Source: an uncultured Candidatus Saccharibacteria bacterium
GTDB lineage: Bacteria; Patescibacteriota; Minisyncoccia; UBA6257; 2-01-FULL-56-20
Assembly: GCA_964374065.1 (NCBI GenBank)
Contig: CAYJWW010000002.1
Span: 4,153 to 68,152 of the forward strand
Direction of reading: 5' to 3'
Length of the DNA stretch: 64,000 bases
Shown: positions 8,835 to 20,842 of the stretch, in pieces
Layout of the letters: every line of letters begins with the position of its first letter
Numbering within the stretch: position 1 is the stretch's first letter
Translations under genes and position numbers: made by a program
Notes under the pieces: model-generated
What the model was told of the DNA's origin: nothing
Database searches by the model: none
What the model saw: only the letters and a program-made list of their open reading frames with translations

Positions 8835-10277
8835 ATGCCCTCTCTTTCCGACCTTACCATCCGCTCGCTTCGCGAGGGCCTTATGAAGAAGAAGTTCTCC
8901 GCGCGGGAGATTGCGGAGGCGTATGTCCGCGCGATCCAAGAGAAAGATCCCGAAATCCGGGCATACCTGCACGTGCGGGAAGAACAGGCGTTCGCCGAAG
9001 CGGATGGAGTGGACCGAATGATCGCGGCGGGCGACGCGCTCGGCCCTTTGGCGGGGGTACCGCTCGCCGTAAAGGACAACATGCTCCTCGAAGGGGAGGT
9101 CACCACGGCCGGTTCGCGCATCTTGGAGACGTATCGCGGCAGCTACACCGCGACCGCGGTGGCCCGGGCGCGAAGCGCCGATGCGGTCATCCTCGGCAAA
9201 ACGAATCTCGATGAATTCGCAATGGGAACGAGCACCGAGAATTCCGCGTTCTTTCCGACGAAAAATCCCCGCGACCCCGCGCGGGTGCCGGGGGGGTCAT
9301 CGGGGGGATCTGCCGCGGCGGTCGCCGCAGATATGGCGCTTGCGGCGCTGGGGTCCGATACCGGCGGCTCGATTCGGCAGCCGGCGTCCTTCTGCGGCGT
9401 CGTCGGCATCAAGCCGACCTACGGCCGCGTATCGCGCTTCGGGCTCATCGCCATGGCCTCGAGCCTCGACCAGATCGGCGCGCTTGCGAAGAACGTTTCC
9501 GATGCGCATGAAATCTTGAACGCGATCCAAGGCTATGACCCCCAGGATGCGACAAGCGCGCCGGACCGGGAAACAGCGAGAAATCTCCCTACGAAGGAAG
9601 CGAAGCATATTGCCGTGGGTATTCCAAGGGAATATTTCCCTGAAGGATTGAATATGGAAGTTTCCGACGCGGTCATGGGAACCGTACAAACGCTTCGGGA
9701 AGAGGGCATCAAGATTAAAGAAGTCTCGCTGCCGCACATGCGGTATGCGCTCTCCGCGTATTACATCATCGTGCCTGCGGAAATCAGCGCGAACCTCTCG
9801 CGCTTCGACGGCATCCGCTACGCGCGCGGAGAGAGGGCAGGAAATGCTTCGAACCTTCAAGAAATTTACTTCGCGCAAAGAGCTCTCTTTGGAGCGGAAC
9901 CGAAACGCCGGATTATACTGGGCGCATTCGTCCTCTCCTCCGGTTACTATGATGCCTATTACGCGAAGGCGCAGCGCGTGCGGGAATTAGTGCGACAAGA
10001 TTTTGCCGATGCATTCAAAGAGGTGGATGTGCTCCTTGGGCCGGTGGCGCCGAACCCCCCGTTCAAGATCGGAGAAAAGGCGAATGATCCTCTCGCGCTT
10101 TATTTGGAGGACGTCTTCACTCTGCCGGTGAACCTCGCAGGCCTTCCGGCGCTCGCGATCCCCACCGCGGTCCAAAAGCCGCTCCCCATCGGCTTCCAGC
10201 TGATCGGCAATCACTTCCGCGAGGATCAGCTGTTCTGCCTCGGAAAGTTCTACGAGAAAATCGTTTCGAGAATCTAA
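8835..10277 (+). CDS. gatA: Asp/Glu-tRNA amidotransferase subunit A (amidase family)
   Basis: 480 aa; amidase signature GGSSGGSAAAVAA; the Ser-cisSer-Lys region is conserved. Confidence 0.9.
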   Translation: MPSLSDLTIRSLREGLMKKKFSAREIAEAYVRAIQEKDPEIRAYLHVREEQAFAEADGVDRMIAAGDALGPLAGVPLAVKDNMLLEGEVTTAGSRILETYRGSYTATAVARARSADAVILGKTNLDEFAMGTSTENSAFFPTKNPRDPARVPGGSSGGSAAAVAADMALAALGSDTGGSIRQPASFCGVVGIKPTYGRVSRFGLIAMASSLDQIGALAKNVSDAHEILNAIQGYDPQDATSAPDRETARNLPTKEAKHIAVGIPREYFPEGLNMEVSDAVMGTVQTLREEGIKIKEVSLPHMRYALSAYYIIVPAEISANLSRFDGIRYARGERAGNASNLQEIYFAQRALFGAEPKRRIILGAFVLSSGYYDAYYAKAQRVRELVRQDFADAFKEVDVLLGPVAPNPPFKIGEKANDPLALYLEDVFTLPVNLAGLPALAIPTAVQKPLPIGFQLIGNHFREDQLFCLGKFYEKIVSRI

Positions 10278-10281
10278 AAGC

Positions 10282-11022
10282 TCAATCCGTCACCTTAAAC
10301 CCGTTCACGTGAGTTACGGTGATTATGGGCGATCCGGGCGAATGAACGCCCATGATCTCCGCAGACTTTCCGGCAAGCGGCTTTAACGCCGCAAGTACCG
10401 CGGGTATATTGGCGTTCTGAAGGTGGAACAACGTCGAACGCGAGGTAATAAGAACGTACCTTCCTTCGCGAGCAATAATCGTTCCTCGGAGCATAAGCGG
10501 GAGCTGGGTGGGTGTCGATGTGGCAGTATTTCCGGGGATGAGCACGAAAGGCGCGAGCGCATCCTGGAGCTCCTTGTTTTCCGTTTTCAACTTCGCGACC
10601 TCCGTCTCAAGCGATTGGACCTTCTCTTGCAACCCCGTATTCACGGATACCGCACTTCCGTCAGAGGCTGCGTCCTCTTCTCCCCCGCCGCTTCGATAGA
10701 GAATGACAATGACACCAAGGAGGAGAACGATGACGGCGGCCGAGACGCGCACAACCACTTTGGGCCGCCATAAAACGCCCATGCCTCCTGAACGCTCAGG
10801 CTCGTCGTGGCGAGACGCCTCGTTCTGATGCGCCGCCTCGGGGACAAACACGTTTGCGGCCTTGCCCCCCTGCATCGAGACGGTCGCGCCGACGCTTTTC
10901 ATCCCGTCCACGATCTCATCGGGAGACCAGCCTGCGGCAAGCAGCTCGTCACGGACCGCTTCCTTGCTCATGCCCCGCTTCAGTTCGCTCTTAATATATT
11001 TCCGGAGTTCTTCGTGGGCCAT
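10282..11022 (-). CDS. membrane-anchored hypothetical protein (N-terminal soluble domain, TM helix, coiled-coil, C-terminal domain)
   Basis: 246-aa ORF with a central hydrophobic helix VVVRVSAAVIVLLLGVIVIL and a coiled-coil segment (LQEKVQSLETEVAKLKTENKELQ). Confidence 0.45.
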   Translation of the reverse strand: MAHEELRKYIKSELKRGMSKEAVRDELLAAGWSPDEIVDGMKSVGATVSMQGGKAANVFVPEAAHQNEASRHDEPERSGGMGVLWRPKVVVRVSAAVIVLLLGVIVILYRSGGGEEDAASDGSAVSVNTGLQEKVQSLETEVAKLKTENKELQDALAPFVLIPGNTATSTPTQLPLMLRGTIIAREGRYVLITSRSTLFHLQNANIPAVLAALKPLAGKSAEIMGVHSPGSPIITVTHVNGFKVTD

Positions 11023-11066
11023 CGCTTCTATTATACCAAACCCTCCATTACCATTACTATGGTCCT

Positions 11067-11552
11067 ATGATACTTGTAACGCACGGCTTCGCCGGAGCGC
11101 TCGCCGCCCGGGCATTCTCGTGGAACCCGGTCGCCGCGATGATCGCGGCGTTTTTGAGCCACTTCGCGCTCGACATGATCCCCCACTGGCATTATCCGCT
11201 TCGCTCGAAGATCGGCGCCCCTGATGCGCCGCTGGGCGAGCGATTCGGCCCGGGCAGATTGTTCGCTCGCGACGCATTGATCGTCGCTCTCGACGGGATC
11301 TCCGGAATCGCGCTCTCGATCATTTTTGCTCCTCCGGAATTTGAATGGCTCGCGCTCTGGGGGGCGGGATTTGGAATCTTGCCTGATTTCCTGCAGTTCC
11401 TCGCGCATTACGTTCCCCATCCCGCACTTCGGGAATATCATCGCATCCACCGGAAGATTCATACGCGGATCCGCCTCGATGACCGTCCGTTTTTGGGCAT
11501 CGGATCCCAGGCGGCTCTCGGAGCAGTTATTCTCGCGCTGCTCCGCTTGTAA
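11067..11552 (+). CDS. membrane-bound metal-dependent hydrolase-like protein (DUF457/YdjM-like), hypothetical
   Basis: 161 aa, polytopic. N-terminal MILVTHGFAG resembles the M..THxxxG start of the YdjM family. Confidence 0.4.
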   Translation: MILVTHGFAGALAARAFSWNPVAAMIAAFLSHFALDMIPHWHYPLRSKIGAPDAPLGERFGPGRLFARDALIVALDGISGIALSIIFAPPEFEWLALWGAGFGILPDFLQFLAHYVPHPALREYHRIHRKIHTRIRLDDRPFLGIGSQAALGAVILALLRL

Positions 11553-11616
11553 ACGCGAAGTTTCAATATGGTTCGGCCCCGGCATGCGTGGTGCATATCG
11601 GGGCCGTTCGCGGTTC

Positions 11617-13194
11617 TTATTTTCCGTGTTCCGTCTCGAACAAGGGACCCGCCGATCGCCGGGGCGATTCGTCGCTCCGCCCCCATGCGAGATTCTCGAA
11701 GCGGGTGAGTTCCCGCAAGAATGCGAGGTTCACCGTGGCCGTGGGGCCGTTGCGGTTCTTGGCCACGATGATCTCCGCGATACCCGTGTTCTCCTCCGTC
11801 TGGCTGTAGTGCTCGTCTCGATAGACAAAGAGGATCATATCCGCTACTTCTTCAAACGTGCCCGATTCGCGCAAGTCTGAAGGGCGCGGGCGCTTGTCTC
11901 TTCGTTTCTCAAGCTCACGCGAGAGCTGGGAAATGAGGATCACCGGGACGCGCAGGTCCTTAGCGATCCGCTTCAAGCCCTTGACCGCCTGGCTCAACTC
12001 CAGATGGCGGTTCTTGCCGTCTCCCAAAACGGGCGTGTCGATGAGCTGGGCATGGTCCACGATCAGGAGATCGAGGCCCGCGAGGTTCTGCTGTCTCCTC
12101 GCCCGCGCCCAGATCTCCTCCACGGTGAGCTTCCCTGCGTCGTCGATGAAGAGAAGCGACTCGGAGATTGTCTCAAGGACCCGATTGAGCTTCATCAAGT
12201 CCTTTTCGCCCAAGAAGCCGGTGCGGAGGCGGTGATTGTCGATGCCAGCCTCGCCCGAGAGCAGACGAAGCATCACGCTCTCCCTGCTCATCTCGAGCGA
12301 GAAGAAGAGGACCTGGAATTTGTGCGTCGCGGCATAAAGGGCGATGTTCAAGAGCAACGCCGACTTGCCCATCGAGGGTCGCCCGCCAACGATCACAAGG
12401 TCGCTTTTCTGGAACCCCGCGGTGACCTCGTCGAGGTCGACGAAGCCCGAGGGCACTCCAGTGATGATCTGTTTGCGCTCATGCGCCAGACGCACTAATG
12501 CGACGGACTCCTCCGCCAGTTTACGGGCGGGTACAGGGCCCTCGAGCGAGCCGTCATCGGCGAGCGCCCAAATGCCGAGGAGCGCTTCGTTCAGCATCTC
12601 CCGCGGCGAGACTTCGTTCTCGTAGGCGCGCGAGAGTCCCCGGTTCAGGGTAAAGATCAGATCTCGCACTTTCTTGGTCTCGAGAATGATCTTCGCGTGG
12701 TCGCCCACGGCCGGAGCAACCGGCTCATCGAGCAGCGACTTGAGATACGGCTCTCCGCCGCATTCGTCGACCTCCCCGACTTGCCCGAGCTGGTAGACGA
12801 GCGTCACGAAGTCGATCTCCCGGCCCTTTTCCCGCAGCGTGCGCATCGCTTGGAAGATCAGGCGGTGCGCGTCGCGGAAAAAGTCCTCCGGTTTTAGGCG
12901 CGCGACTTCTTTTAGGTCGAGCGCGGTATTGTCGCGGAGGACCGCGGCGATGAGGCCGCGCTCCGCTTCCAAGCTATGCGGCAAGGTACGCTCGAGGCCG
13001 AAGCGCTCGGCCATCTCCCGCGAGGTTATCGGTGTGCGGTGCGGATCCCGGCGCTCAAGCGTTTCCCTGTCGAGCACCGCAATCGCTGCCGTCGGTTCAT
13101 CCGACACCTCTTCTTCCGTCTCTTGCTGCCGTTCCTCATCGTTGAGGGGCAGCCCGGCTTCCTCGAGTTCGTCGATCCAATTCGGCTCGTCCAT
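11617..13194 (-). CDS. dnaB: replicative DNA helicase DnaB, with an acidic N-terminal extension
   Basis: Walker A GGRPSMGKSALLLNIAL; DnaB N-domain motif PHSLEAERGLIAAVL; RecA-like C-terminal domain. Start placed at MDEPNW (13194). The longer 635-aa ORF is judged to be upstream read-through. Confidence 0.85.
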   Translation of the reverse strand: MDEPNWIDELEEAGLPLNDEERQQETEEEVSDEPTAAIAVLDRETLERRDPHRTPITSREMAERFGLERTLPHSLEAERGLIAAVLRDNTALDLKEVARLKPEDFFRDAHRLIFQAMRTLREKGREIDFVTLVYQLGQVGEVDECGGEPYLKSLLDEPVAPAVGDHAKIILETKKVRDLIFTLNRGLSRAYENEVSPREMLNEALLGIWALADDGSLEGPVPARKLAEESVALVRLAHERKQIITGVPSGFVDLDEVTAGFQKSDLVIVGGRPSMGKSALLLNIALYAATHKFQVLFFSLEMSRESVMLRLLSGEAGIDNHRLRTGFLGEKDLMKLNRVLETISESLLFIDDAGKLTVEEIWARARRQQNLAGLDLLIVDHAQLIDTPVLGDGKNRHLELSQAVKGLKRIAKDLRVPVILISQLSRELEKRRDKRPRPSDLRESGTFEEVADMILFVYRDEHYSQTEENTGIAEIIVAKNRNGPTATVNLAFLRELTRFENLAWGRSDESPRRSAGPLFETEHGK

Positions 13195-13346
13195 GCTGCC
13201 CCTCCAGGCTAGAGAAAAATGTGAATTGCTGCCCCTAAGGTAGCGCCGATTGGGGTGCCTGTAAAGCAGGAGTAAATATCTTGCTTTGCTCGCTGATGCC
13301 GCCGTATACTTTTCGCAGTCCGTCTCATACCCACAAGGAGCGCTCC

Positions 13347-13757
13347 ATGTCCCAAACCGTCTCGCGCGGATTGCATACCGCCGCACGTTGGCGAACGCCC
13401 GCGCTCGCGCTCGCCGAACATCTCTCTCCGAAGAACCGAGGTCCGGTTCCGCAAGGAGCGGTCGCCGCCATCGAGCAGTTCTTCGATTGGGTGACTGCGG
13501 AAATCTCGCGGGGCGGGGGCGCAAAACTTTCTCGAGAGATCCCCCTCATGGGAGCCGTGTGCGCGTTGGGCATCGCGCGCGAAACCGCCGCACGCATGAA
13601 CGTGCGAAGCGCTACCATTCACCAGATTGACAGGCTCGCTCGAAGGTGCCGCTCGGTACTTCGAAAAGTGAATGCCGGTTCGCCGCTCTCGAACGCCGAG
13701 AAGCGCGAACTGCGCCGATTCCTGAACGCCCTTGCCGAGGAAGGCCTCGCTGCCTAG
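13347..13757 (+). CDS. hypothetical protein
   Basis: 137-aa ORF preceded by a strong SD AAGGAG 8 nt upstream of the ATG. No recognisable domain. Confidence 0.4.
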   Translation: MSQTVSRGLHTAARWRTPALALAEHLSPKNRGPVPQGAVAAIEQFFDWVTAEISRGGGAKLSREIPLMGAVCALGIARETAARMNVRSATIHQIDRLARRCRSVLRKVNAGSPLSNAEKRELRRFLNALAEEGLAA

Positions 13758-13803
13758 CGAGCCATTAGCCCGAACGGGCCGCATCATAGCGGCCCGCACG
13801 CAT

Positions 13804-14409
13804 TTATATGCCGATTCCGAGCCGCTTTCGATACACCGTAAAGAAGAGAAGCGTATTCGCGATGATGAGATATATCTGGAATGCGGAATTTTCGATACTC
13901 CACTCCGGTATCGACGGCACGATGAGTAATACGCTCACGAGAGCCAAAAGGTACGTGATGCCAGTCTCGGTTTCGGGGAAGCGCCAGGCCTTCCGAAGCG
14001 TCGGGAGCGATGCGAATCCGTCCCCGATCGCGAGGAGCAGAATCGCTGCGCGAGGCGATCCCGCCAAAATCCATACGGATAAGGCCACCGCGGAACAGGC
14101 GCCGCACGCGATATCGAACGCGCTCAGCTTCCAGTAGCTCCGCAAATTCCAAAATGACGCAAGGAAAACCAGAAGCGGCATGAAGCCGGCGAGGAACACG
14201 CGGACCGTGGCCCATAAGTCTGCCCCCGCGGAAATTGCCGCCGCGGTCCCGAGGATGGGAGCCAATGCCCAAAAGAACCACGATACGCGATTCGGCTTCG
14301 TCGTCCCTTTGAGCGTGTCGCGTATATATGCGGCGGAGCCCGTAATACTTATACATGCGCTTATGACGACCAGCCAATGGATGAAAGAGATTCCTGACAG
14401 CAACGACAT
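13804..14409 (-). CDS. polytopic membrane protein (hypothetical)
   Basis: 201 aa with 5-6 predicted TM helices. Confidence 0.45.
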   Translation of the reverse strand: MSLLSGISFIHWLVVISACISITGSAAYIRDTLKGTTKPNRVSWFFWALAPILGTAAAISAGADLWATVRVFLAGFMPLLVFLASFWNLRSYWKLSAFDIACGACSAVALSVWILAGSPRAAILLLAIGDGFASLPTLRKAWRFPETETGITYLLALVSVLLIVPSIPEWSIENSAFQIYLIIANTLLFFTVYRKRLGIGI

Positions 14410-14472
14410 ATCAGTGAATCATAACCTTCTTCCCGGGGCTTACCAATTTCCGTATTGTAATCAACTCCGATG

Positions 14473-14546
14473 CGCGGGCGACCGGATTTGAACCGGCAAC
14501 CTCTCCCGTGACAGGGGAGCGCTCCGCCAGGTTGAGCTACGCCCGC
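14473..14546 (-). tRNA. tRNA-Asp (anticodon GUC); CCA not encoded (3' flank is GCA)
   Basis: Cloverleaf: acceptor GCGGGCG/CGCCCGC, anticodon stem-loop CTCCC-CTGTCAC-GGGAG, T-loop TTCAAAT. Confidence 0.85.
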
Positions 14547-14583
14547 ATTAACTTAAAAATCTTACGCTATACCGAAGTAGTTT

Positions 14584-17470
<2,887 letters not shown>

Positions 17471-17516
17471 TGCAGTTTGGATTTTATCTCTAATTCTGGA
17501 TTCCATTTTCTAGATT

Positions 17517-18035
17517 CTATGTATCGAGCGTCCTCGGACTCACAGTAGTCTGTAGGTGAATAACGCTCTCGTCAACGCCGCGCTCTCGCGCGCTCACGCC
17601 CAAATTTATGACGATCCGCGGCTGCACGTTATCCCCGACCGCATTGCCGATCGGCCGGAAGGTCAGATAGCGGATATTCACGTTGTCGGCCGTGATCCGC
17701 GCGAAGGCGCCTCCTCCAACCCGCCGCTCGATCCCTCCGTCGGATACCCCGCCTCCTTTCCTGTATGTAACGACTTCACCTGCGGCATTTTTGAACGCAA
17801 GCTCATTTGAGGTGCACGTCTGACCGTTCACGCAGAAGTCAAACCCGGTCCGGACCTCCCGATTCATCTGCTCGAGCGCCAAGCTCATATTGCTGTTCGC
17901 GGAAAGGAGCGCTGAATTCTGGCGTTGCGTTTTAAGCGCGTTCACGAATCCGCCGACCGCGATCGTCACGCCAACCGAAAAAAGCGCGATCGCGACGAGC
18001 AATTCCACGAGCGTAAAGCCGCGGCGGCGTTCCAT
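17517..18035 (-). CDS. type IV pilin-like protein (minor pilin or pseudopilin)
   Basis: Class III signal MERRRG|FTLVELLVAIALFSV with cleavage Gly, Phe+1 and Glu+5; 172 aa. Confidence 0.75.
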   Translation of the reverse strand: MERRRGFTLVELLVAIALFSVGVTIAVGGFVNALKTQRQNSALLSANSNMSLALEQMNREVRTGFDFCVNGQTCTSNELAFKNAAGEVVTYRKGGGVSDGGIERRVGGGAFARITADNVNIRYLTFRPIGNAVGDNVQPRIVINLGVSARERGVDESVIHLQTTVSPRTLDT

Positions 18036-18079
18036 ATCCCTATTTTCTCATTTCTCACTCTTATTCTCTAGTCCTACCG

Positions 18080-19372
18080 CTACGGCCTGATCTCTTTTAA
18101 TTTCCCTCCGCTTGATTCAAACGCTCGAACTGTCGTCGTGGCTGTCGCGTTCGCGCCGCCCCCCTGCCCCGCGCACGTGATCGTATAGGTGGTGGATTGG
18201 GTGGGCTGTACGGTCGTCGTGCCGTTCGCGGGGACGGAGCCGACCGCGGGAGCGATGGCGCAGGAAGAGACGCGTTCGCAGGTCCAGGAAAGGGTGGAGG
18301 ACTTGGGGGGCGGGATCACGAGGCGGTCGGGGAAGGCGGTGAAGCTCGTGCATGTGGGGGCGCAGTCCGAGGCGCGGTCGCACTCGTTGGGGCCGGAGCC
18401 GGGGATCGTGGCGCAGGAGTTGAACTGGCAGACGCGCTTCGTGCAGAGGGGCACCCGGAAGGAGGTGCTTGGGCTGTGGGCGCCGTTGAAGACTCGGGCA
18501 TAGTAGGTCACGCCGGGCTGGAGCGAGAGCGTGTCCGACTGCTGGGGCCAGATGCCCCTGAAGTTCTCTCCGTTCGTCGATTGGGAGAGAGACTGCTTGT
18601 TATAGAAGGAACCGAAGCCCGGGTCGTCGTCGATGTCCACGTAATAGCCGAAGCCGGGGTTGGGGCTGCCGGACCAGGAGATCGCGATCTGGTCGTTGTA
18701 CGGAGAGACGGTGCAGGCGGGGAGGCCGGAGACCGTGGGGCCGGAGGGAGCGTAGGAGCCTTGGGAGTAGTAGGAACCCTGGGAGTAGCCGGGAGCGTAG
18801 GTGCCTTGGGAGTAGTAGGAGCCTTGGTAGGAGCCCTGTGAGTAACCGGGAGCGTAGGTGCCTTGGGCGTAGTAGTACCCCTGGGCGTAGTAGTAACCTT
18901 GGGTGTAGTAGTACCCCTGGGCGTAGTAGTAGCCCTGGGCGTAACCGGGAGCGTAGGTGCTTTGGGCGTAGTAGTACCCCTGGGCGTAGTAATAGCCTTG
19001 GGTGTAGTAGTACCCCTGAGCATAGTAGTACCCTTGGGCGTAATAATATCCTTGGCTATAGTAATAACCCTGGCCGTAGTAATAACCTTCGGCGTAGGCC
19101 GGAGGGGGGGCGCACGCGCAATCCTGGCCAGATTGGCAATATGAGCCGCCGCACGGTTCGATATCCCAAGGCTTGTCTTCGCAATAGGGCTCGCCGTAGT
19201 CGCAGCTGCATTGAAATGATCCGAGTGGATAGCATGCGCCCTGCGGTGGGTTGACGGTCGGATCGCAATAGCCCTGCGATTCGCACGTAACCCATGTAGC
19301 CGCGAGGAGCGCATGGGGCACGCCCGCCAAAGCAAGGAGAGCAAGAACAAAAATAACGCGATCTGGTTTCAT
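18080..19372 (-). CDS. secreted Cys-rich protein with (QGYYY[AST])n Tyr/Gly repeats and two C-terminal FN3/Ig-like domains (paralog A)
   Basis: 430 aa with signal peptide MKPDRVIFVLALLALAGVPHALLA, a Cys-rich N-terminal region, about 20 GYYYAQ-type repeats, and a C-terminal ~285 aa identical to paralog B. Confidence 0.7.
   Translation of the reverse strand: MKPDRVIFVLALLALAGVPHALLAATWVTCESQGYCDPTVNPPQGACYPLGSFQCSCDYGEPYCEDKPWDIEPCGGSYCQSGQDCACAPPPAYAEGYYYGQGYYYSQGYYYAQGYYYAQGYYYTQGYYYAQGYYYAQSTYAPGYAQGYYYAQGYYYTQGYYYAQGYYYAQGTYAPGYSQGSYQGSYYSQGTYAPGYSQGSYYSQGSYAPSGPTVSGLPACTVSPYNDQIAISWSGSPNPGFGYYVDIDDDPGFGSFYNKQSLSQSTNGENFRGIWPQQSDTLSLQPGVTYYARVFNGAHSPSTSFRVPLCTKRVCQFNSCATIPGSGPNECDRASDCAPTCTSFTAFPDRLVIPPPKSSTLSWTCERVSSCAIAPAVGSVPANGTTTVQPTQSTTYTITCAGQGGGANATATTTVRAFESSGGKLKEIRP
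18084..18942. repeat. direct repeat copy 1 (about 859 bp, essentially 100% identical to 20853-21711)
   Basis: The ORF-track artefact ORFs 18117-18383, 18189-18503 and 18197-18841 have translations identical to those at +2769. Flanks were checked by eye. Confidence 0.9.
18760..19095. repeat. in-frame tandem array of about 18-nt units encoding GYYY[AST]Q within paralog A
   Basis: Reiterated gcgtagtagta(c/g)cc(c/t)tggg units on the plus strand. Confidence 0.8.
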
Positions 19373-19929
19373 TGATTGGAAGGATATGCGGTGATTGAAA
19401 AACTCGTGGAGCTTGCTTCTTGAGCGAGAACCATATCGACACGCACAAGGAAACTCTCGTCTTGAATGACGAGGACTGCCGAATCCTTCGTGTTCCTTCC
19501 CTCCCGAAATTTATACCCAGCGCCCGCCGCCAATCCTCTCACTTGATCGCGCGCCCCTACCACGTCCGAAGCGAGTCTCACAAACACGACGTAGCCCCTC
19601 TTACCATCTTCAAATGTCGCCGAGAATGCTTGGGTTGATGTCCCATTCCCCGGAACGAGCGCGAGGAGCGAATTCGGGGCGGCATCCAAACCGACCTCCA
19701 TCCTATTTAAAACTTTTGGCATCTGGGTTTTCCCTACGCTCTGAAGAAGATCTACGGATTTTGTCGGGGAAAGCGGCGCATCGGCTGAACCTTTCGGGTT
19801 CGAATTTTTGACCGGCAATCCTCCTTGAATGCGAAAAATGAGATAGATGACCGCCGCGGCTGCGATCAGTCCGATAACAATCGTGGTCTCTTTTTGCTTT
19901 CCGCCGGACGCTTTTTGAAGCTCGAGCAT
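19369..19929 (-). CDS. membrane-anchored hypothetical protein, translationally coupled to repeat protein A
   Basis: 186 aa with an N-terminal TM helix (IVIGLIAAAAVIYLIF). Its stop overlaps the start of 18080..19372 by 4 nt. Confidence 0.5.
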   Translation of the reverse strand: MLELQKASGGKQKETTIVIGLIAAAAVIYLIFRIQGGLPVKNSNPKGSADAPLSPTKSVDLLQSVGKTQMPKVLNRMEVGLDAAPNSLLALVPGNGTSTQAFSATFEDGKRGYVVFVRLASDVVGARDQVRGLAAGAGYKFREGRNTKDSAVLVIQDESFLVRVDMVLAQEASSTSFSITAYPSNQ

Positions 19930-20006
19930 TGCGACAATTATACTTCGTTCCGCGCGCCCTGCGAAGAAGGTTTAAGGGAGGCCTTGTGGCCTCCCTTCGG
20001 GAGATT

Positions 20007-20750
20007 CTAGTCCGGAACCCAGACGGTTTTGCCGGACACGGCGTACGCGACCTGCGAAGGGTCCGTGTTTTTGATCACGCCCCACCAGATCCCGGCAGGA
20101 CTTCGGGAGAGCCGCACATCCGGCGGGTTTCCCGTCATCGTCCCCCATGTCCACCCGGTGAACTGGGTACAAGCGGGCCCGAAAGCGCTTCCCGATCCGC
20201 GGGAACCCTCCGGGATGAGCGCGCAGGCTCTCGCATCCTCCTCTCGTGCAAAGAGGTAGAGGTCCTTCCGGATCGGAGAGCGGCTCGTAATCAGTTGGAA
20301 CTTGAGCGTCCCCCGTTCCACGGCCGGTGTCGCCGGAAAAACCATGGCTCCGCCAGCCGCAAGCGTCGTTGTGGGAATTACGGTCTCGAACGGATTTTCC
20401 GCAACGACGGGGGCAAGCGCTACATTCTGTTCCGAGGCAGGAATGGTAAGAGTCCAATCCTGAGTCACGAATCCGGGCTTTTCGAACTGGATCCTGCTCT
20501 CGCCTCCCGGAACCCCGCTTATGACGTATCTCCCGTCAGATGCGGTCTTCGCAGCAAGTCCCATGCCGGCGCCGGAGACGAGAGACACGTTTACCTCGCC
20601 CAGCGGTTCGTTCGTCGCGGCGCTCCGCACTATGCCGCGCACCTCATGAAACTGCGTGGGGCTTGTCGGACCATCTTTTCTGCCGCACGCGGTCAAGGCC
20701 GCGAGAAGCAGAACGGCGCGTATCGCGTGCAAGCGCATTCTTGTCCTCAC
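20007..20750 (-). CDS. lipoprotein with a carboxypeptidase-regulatory-like (CarboxypepD_reg) beta-sandwich domain
   Basis: Lipobox LAALTAC, motif DGRYVISGVPGGESRIQFEKPGF; SD AAGGAGG lies upstream. Confidence 0.6.
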   Translation of the reverse strand: MRTRMRLHAIRAVLLLAALTACGRKDGPTSPTQFHEVRGIVRSAATNEPLGEVNVSLVSGAGMGLAAKTASDGRYVISGVPGGESRIQFEKPGFVTQDWTLTIPASEQNVALAPVVAENPFETVIPTTTLAAGGAMVFPATPAVERGTLKFQLITSRSPIRKDLYLFAREEDARACALIPEGSRGSGSAFGPACTQFTGWTWGTMTGNPPDVRLSRSPAGIWWGVIKNTDPSQVAYAVSGKTVWVPD

Positions 20751-20796
20751 GGCACCCTCCTTGTATGGTATTCACGTGTTGCGTTTCGCTGAAAAC

Positions 20797-20825
20797 ATTA
20801 TACGAAATAATCTGCTTTAACGCAA
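20797..20825 (-). promoter_or_regulatory. candidate sigma70 promoter for the lipoprotein gene (minus strand: TTGCGT, 17-nt spacer, TATAAT)
   Basis: Reverse complement of 20797-20825 reads TTGCGTtaaagcagattatttcgTATAAT, about 50 nt upstream of the start codon. Confidence 0.35.
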
Positions 20826-20842
20826 GGCAGACTTTTATGCTC

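Noticed and set aside
10282-11022. Possible competence or anti-sigma function for the membrane-anchored coiled-coil protein
   Set aside because: There is no recognisable motif beyond a TM helix plus a coiled-coil. It is left as hypothetical.
11617-13524. 635-aa dnaB ORF; considered an intein or unusually large DnaB
   Set aside because: The Walker A and the RecA-like domain are contiguous with no Hint blocks. The extra length comes from in-frame upstream read-through plus an acidic N-terminal extension. The start is more likely at 13194.
18197-18841. Gly/Ala/Val/Arg-rich 214-aa plus-strand ORFs, duplicated at 20966-21610, and 21632-22600
   Set aside because: They are antisense to the Tyr/Gly-repeat protein genes. 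Their duplication simply mirrors the 859-bp repeat, and the composition is an artefact of the reverse reading of GTA/GCC repeats.
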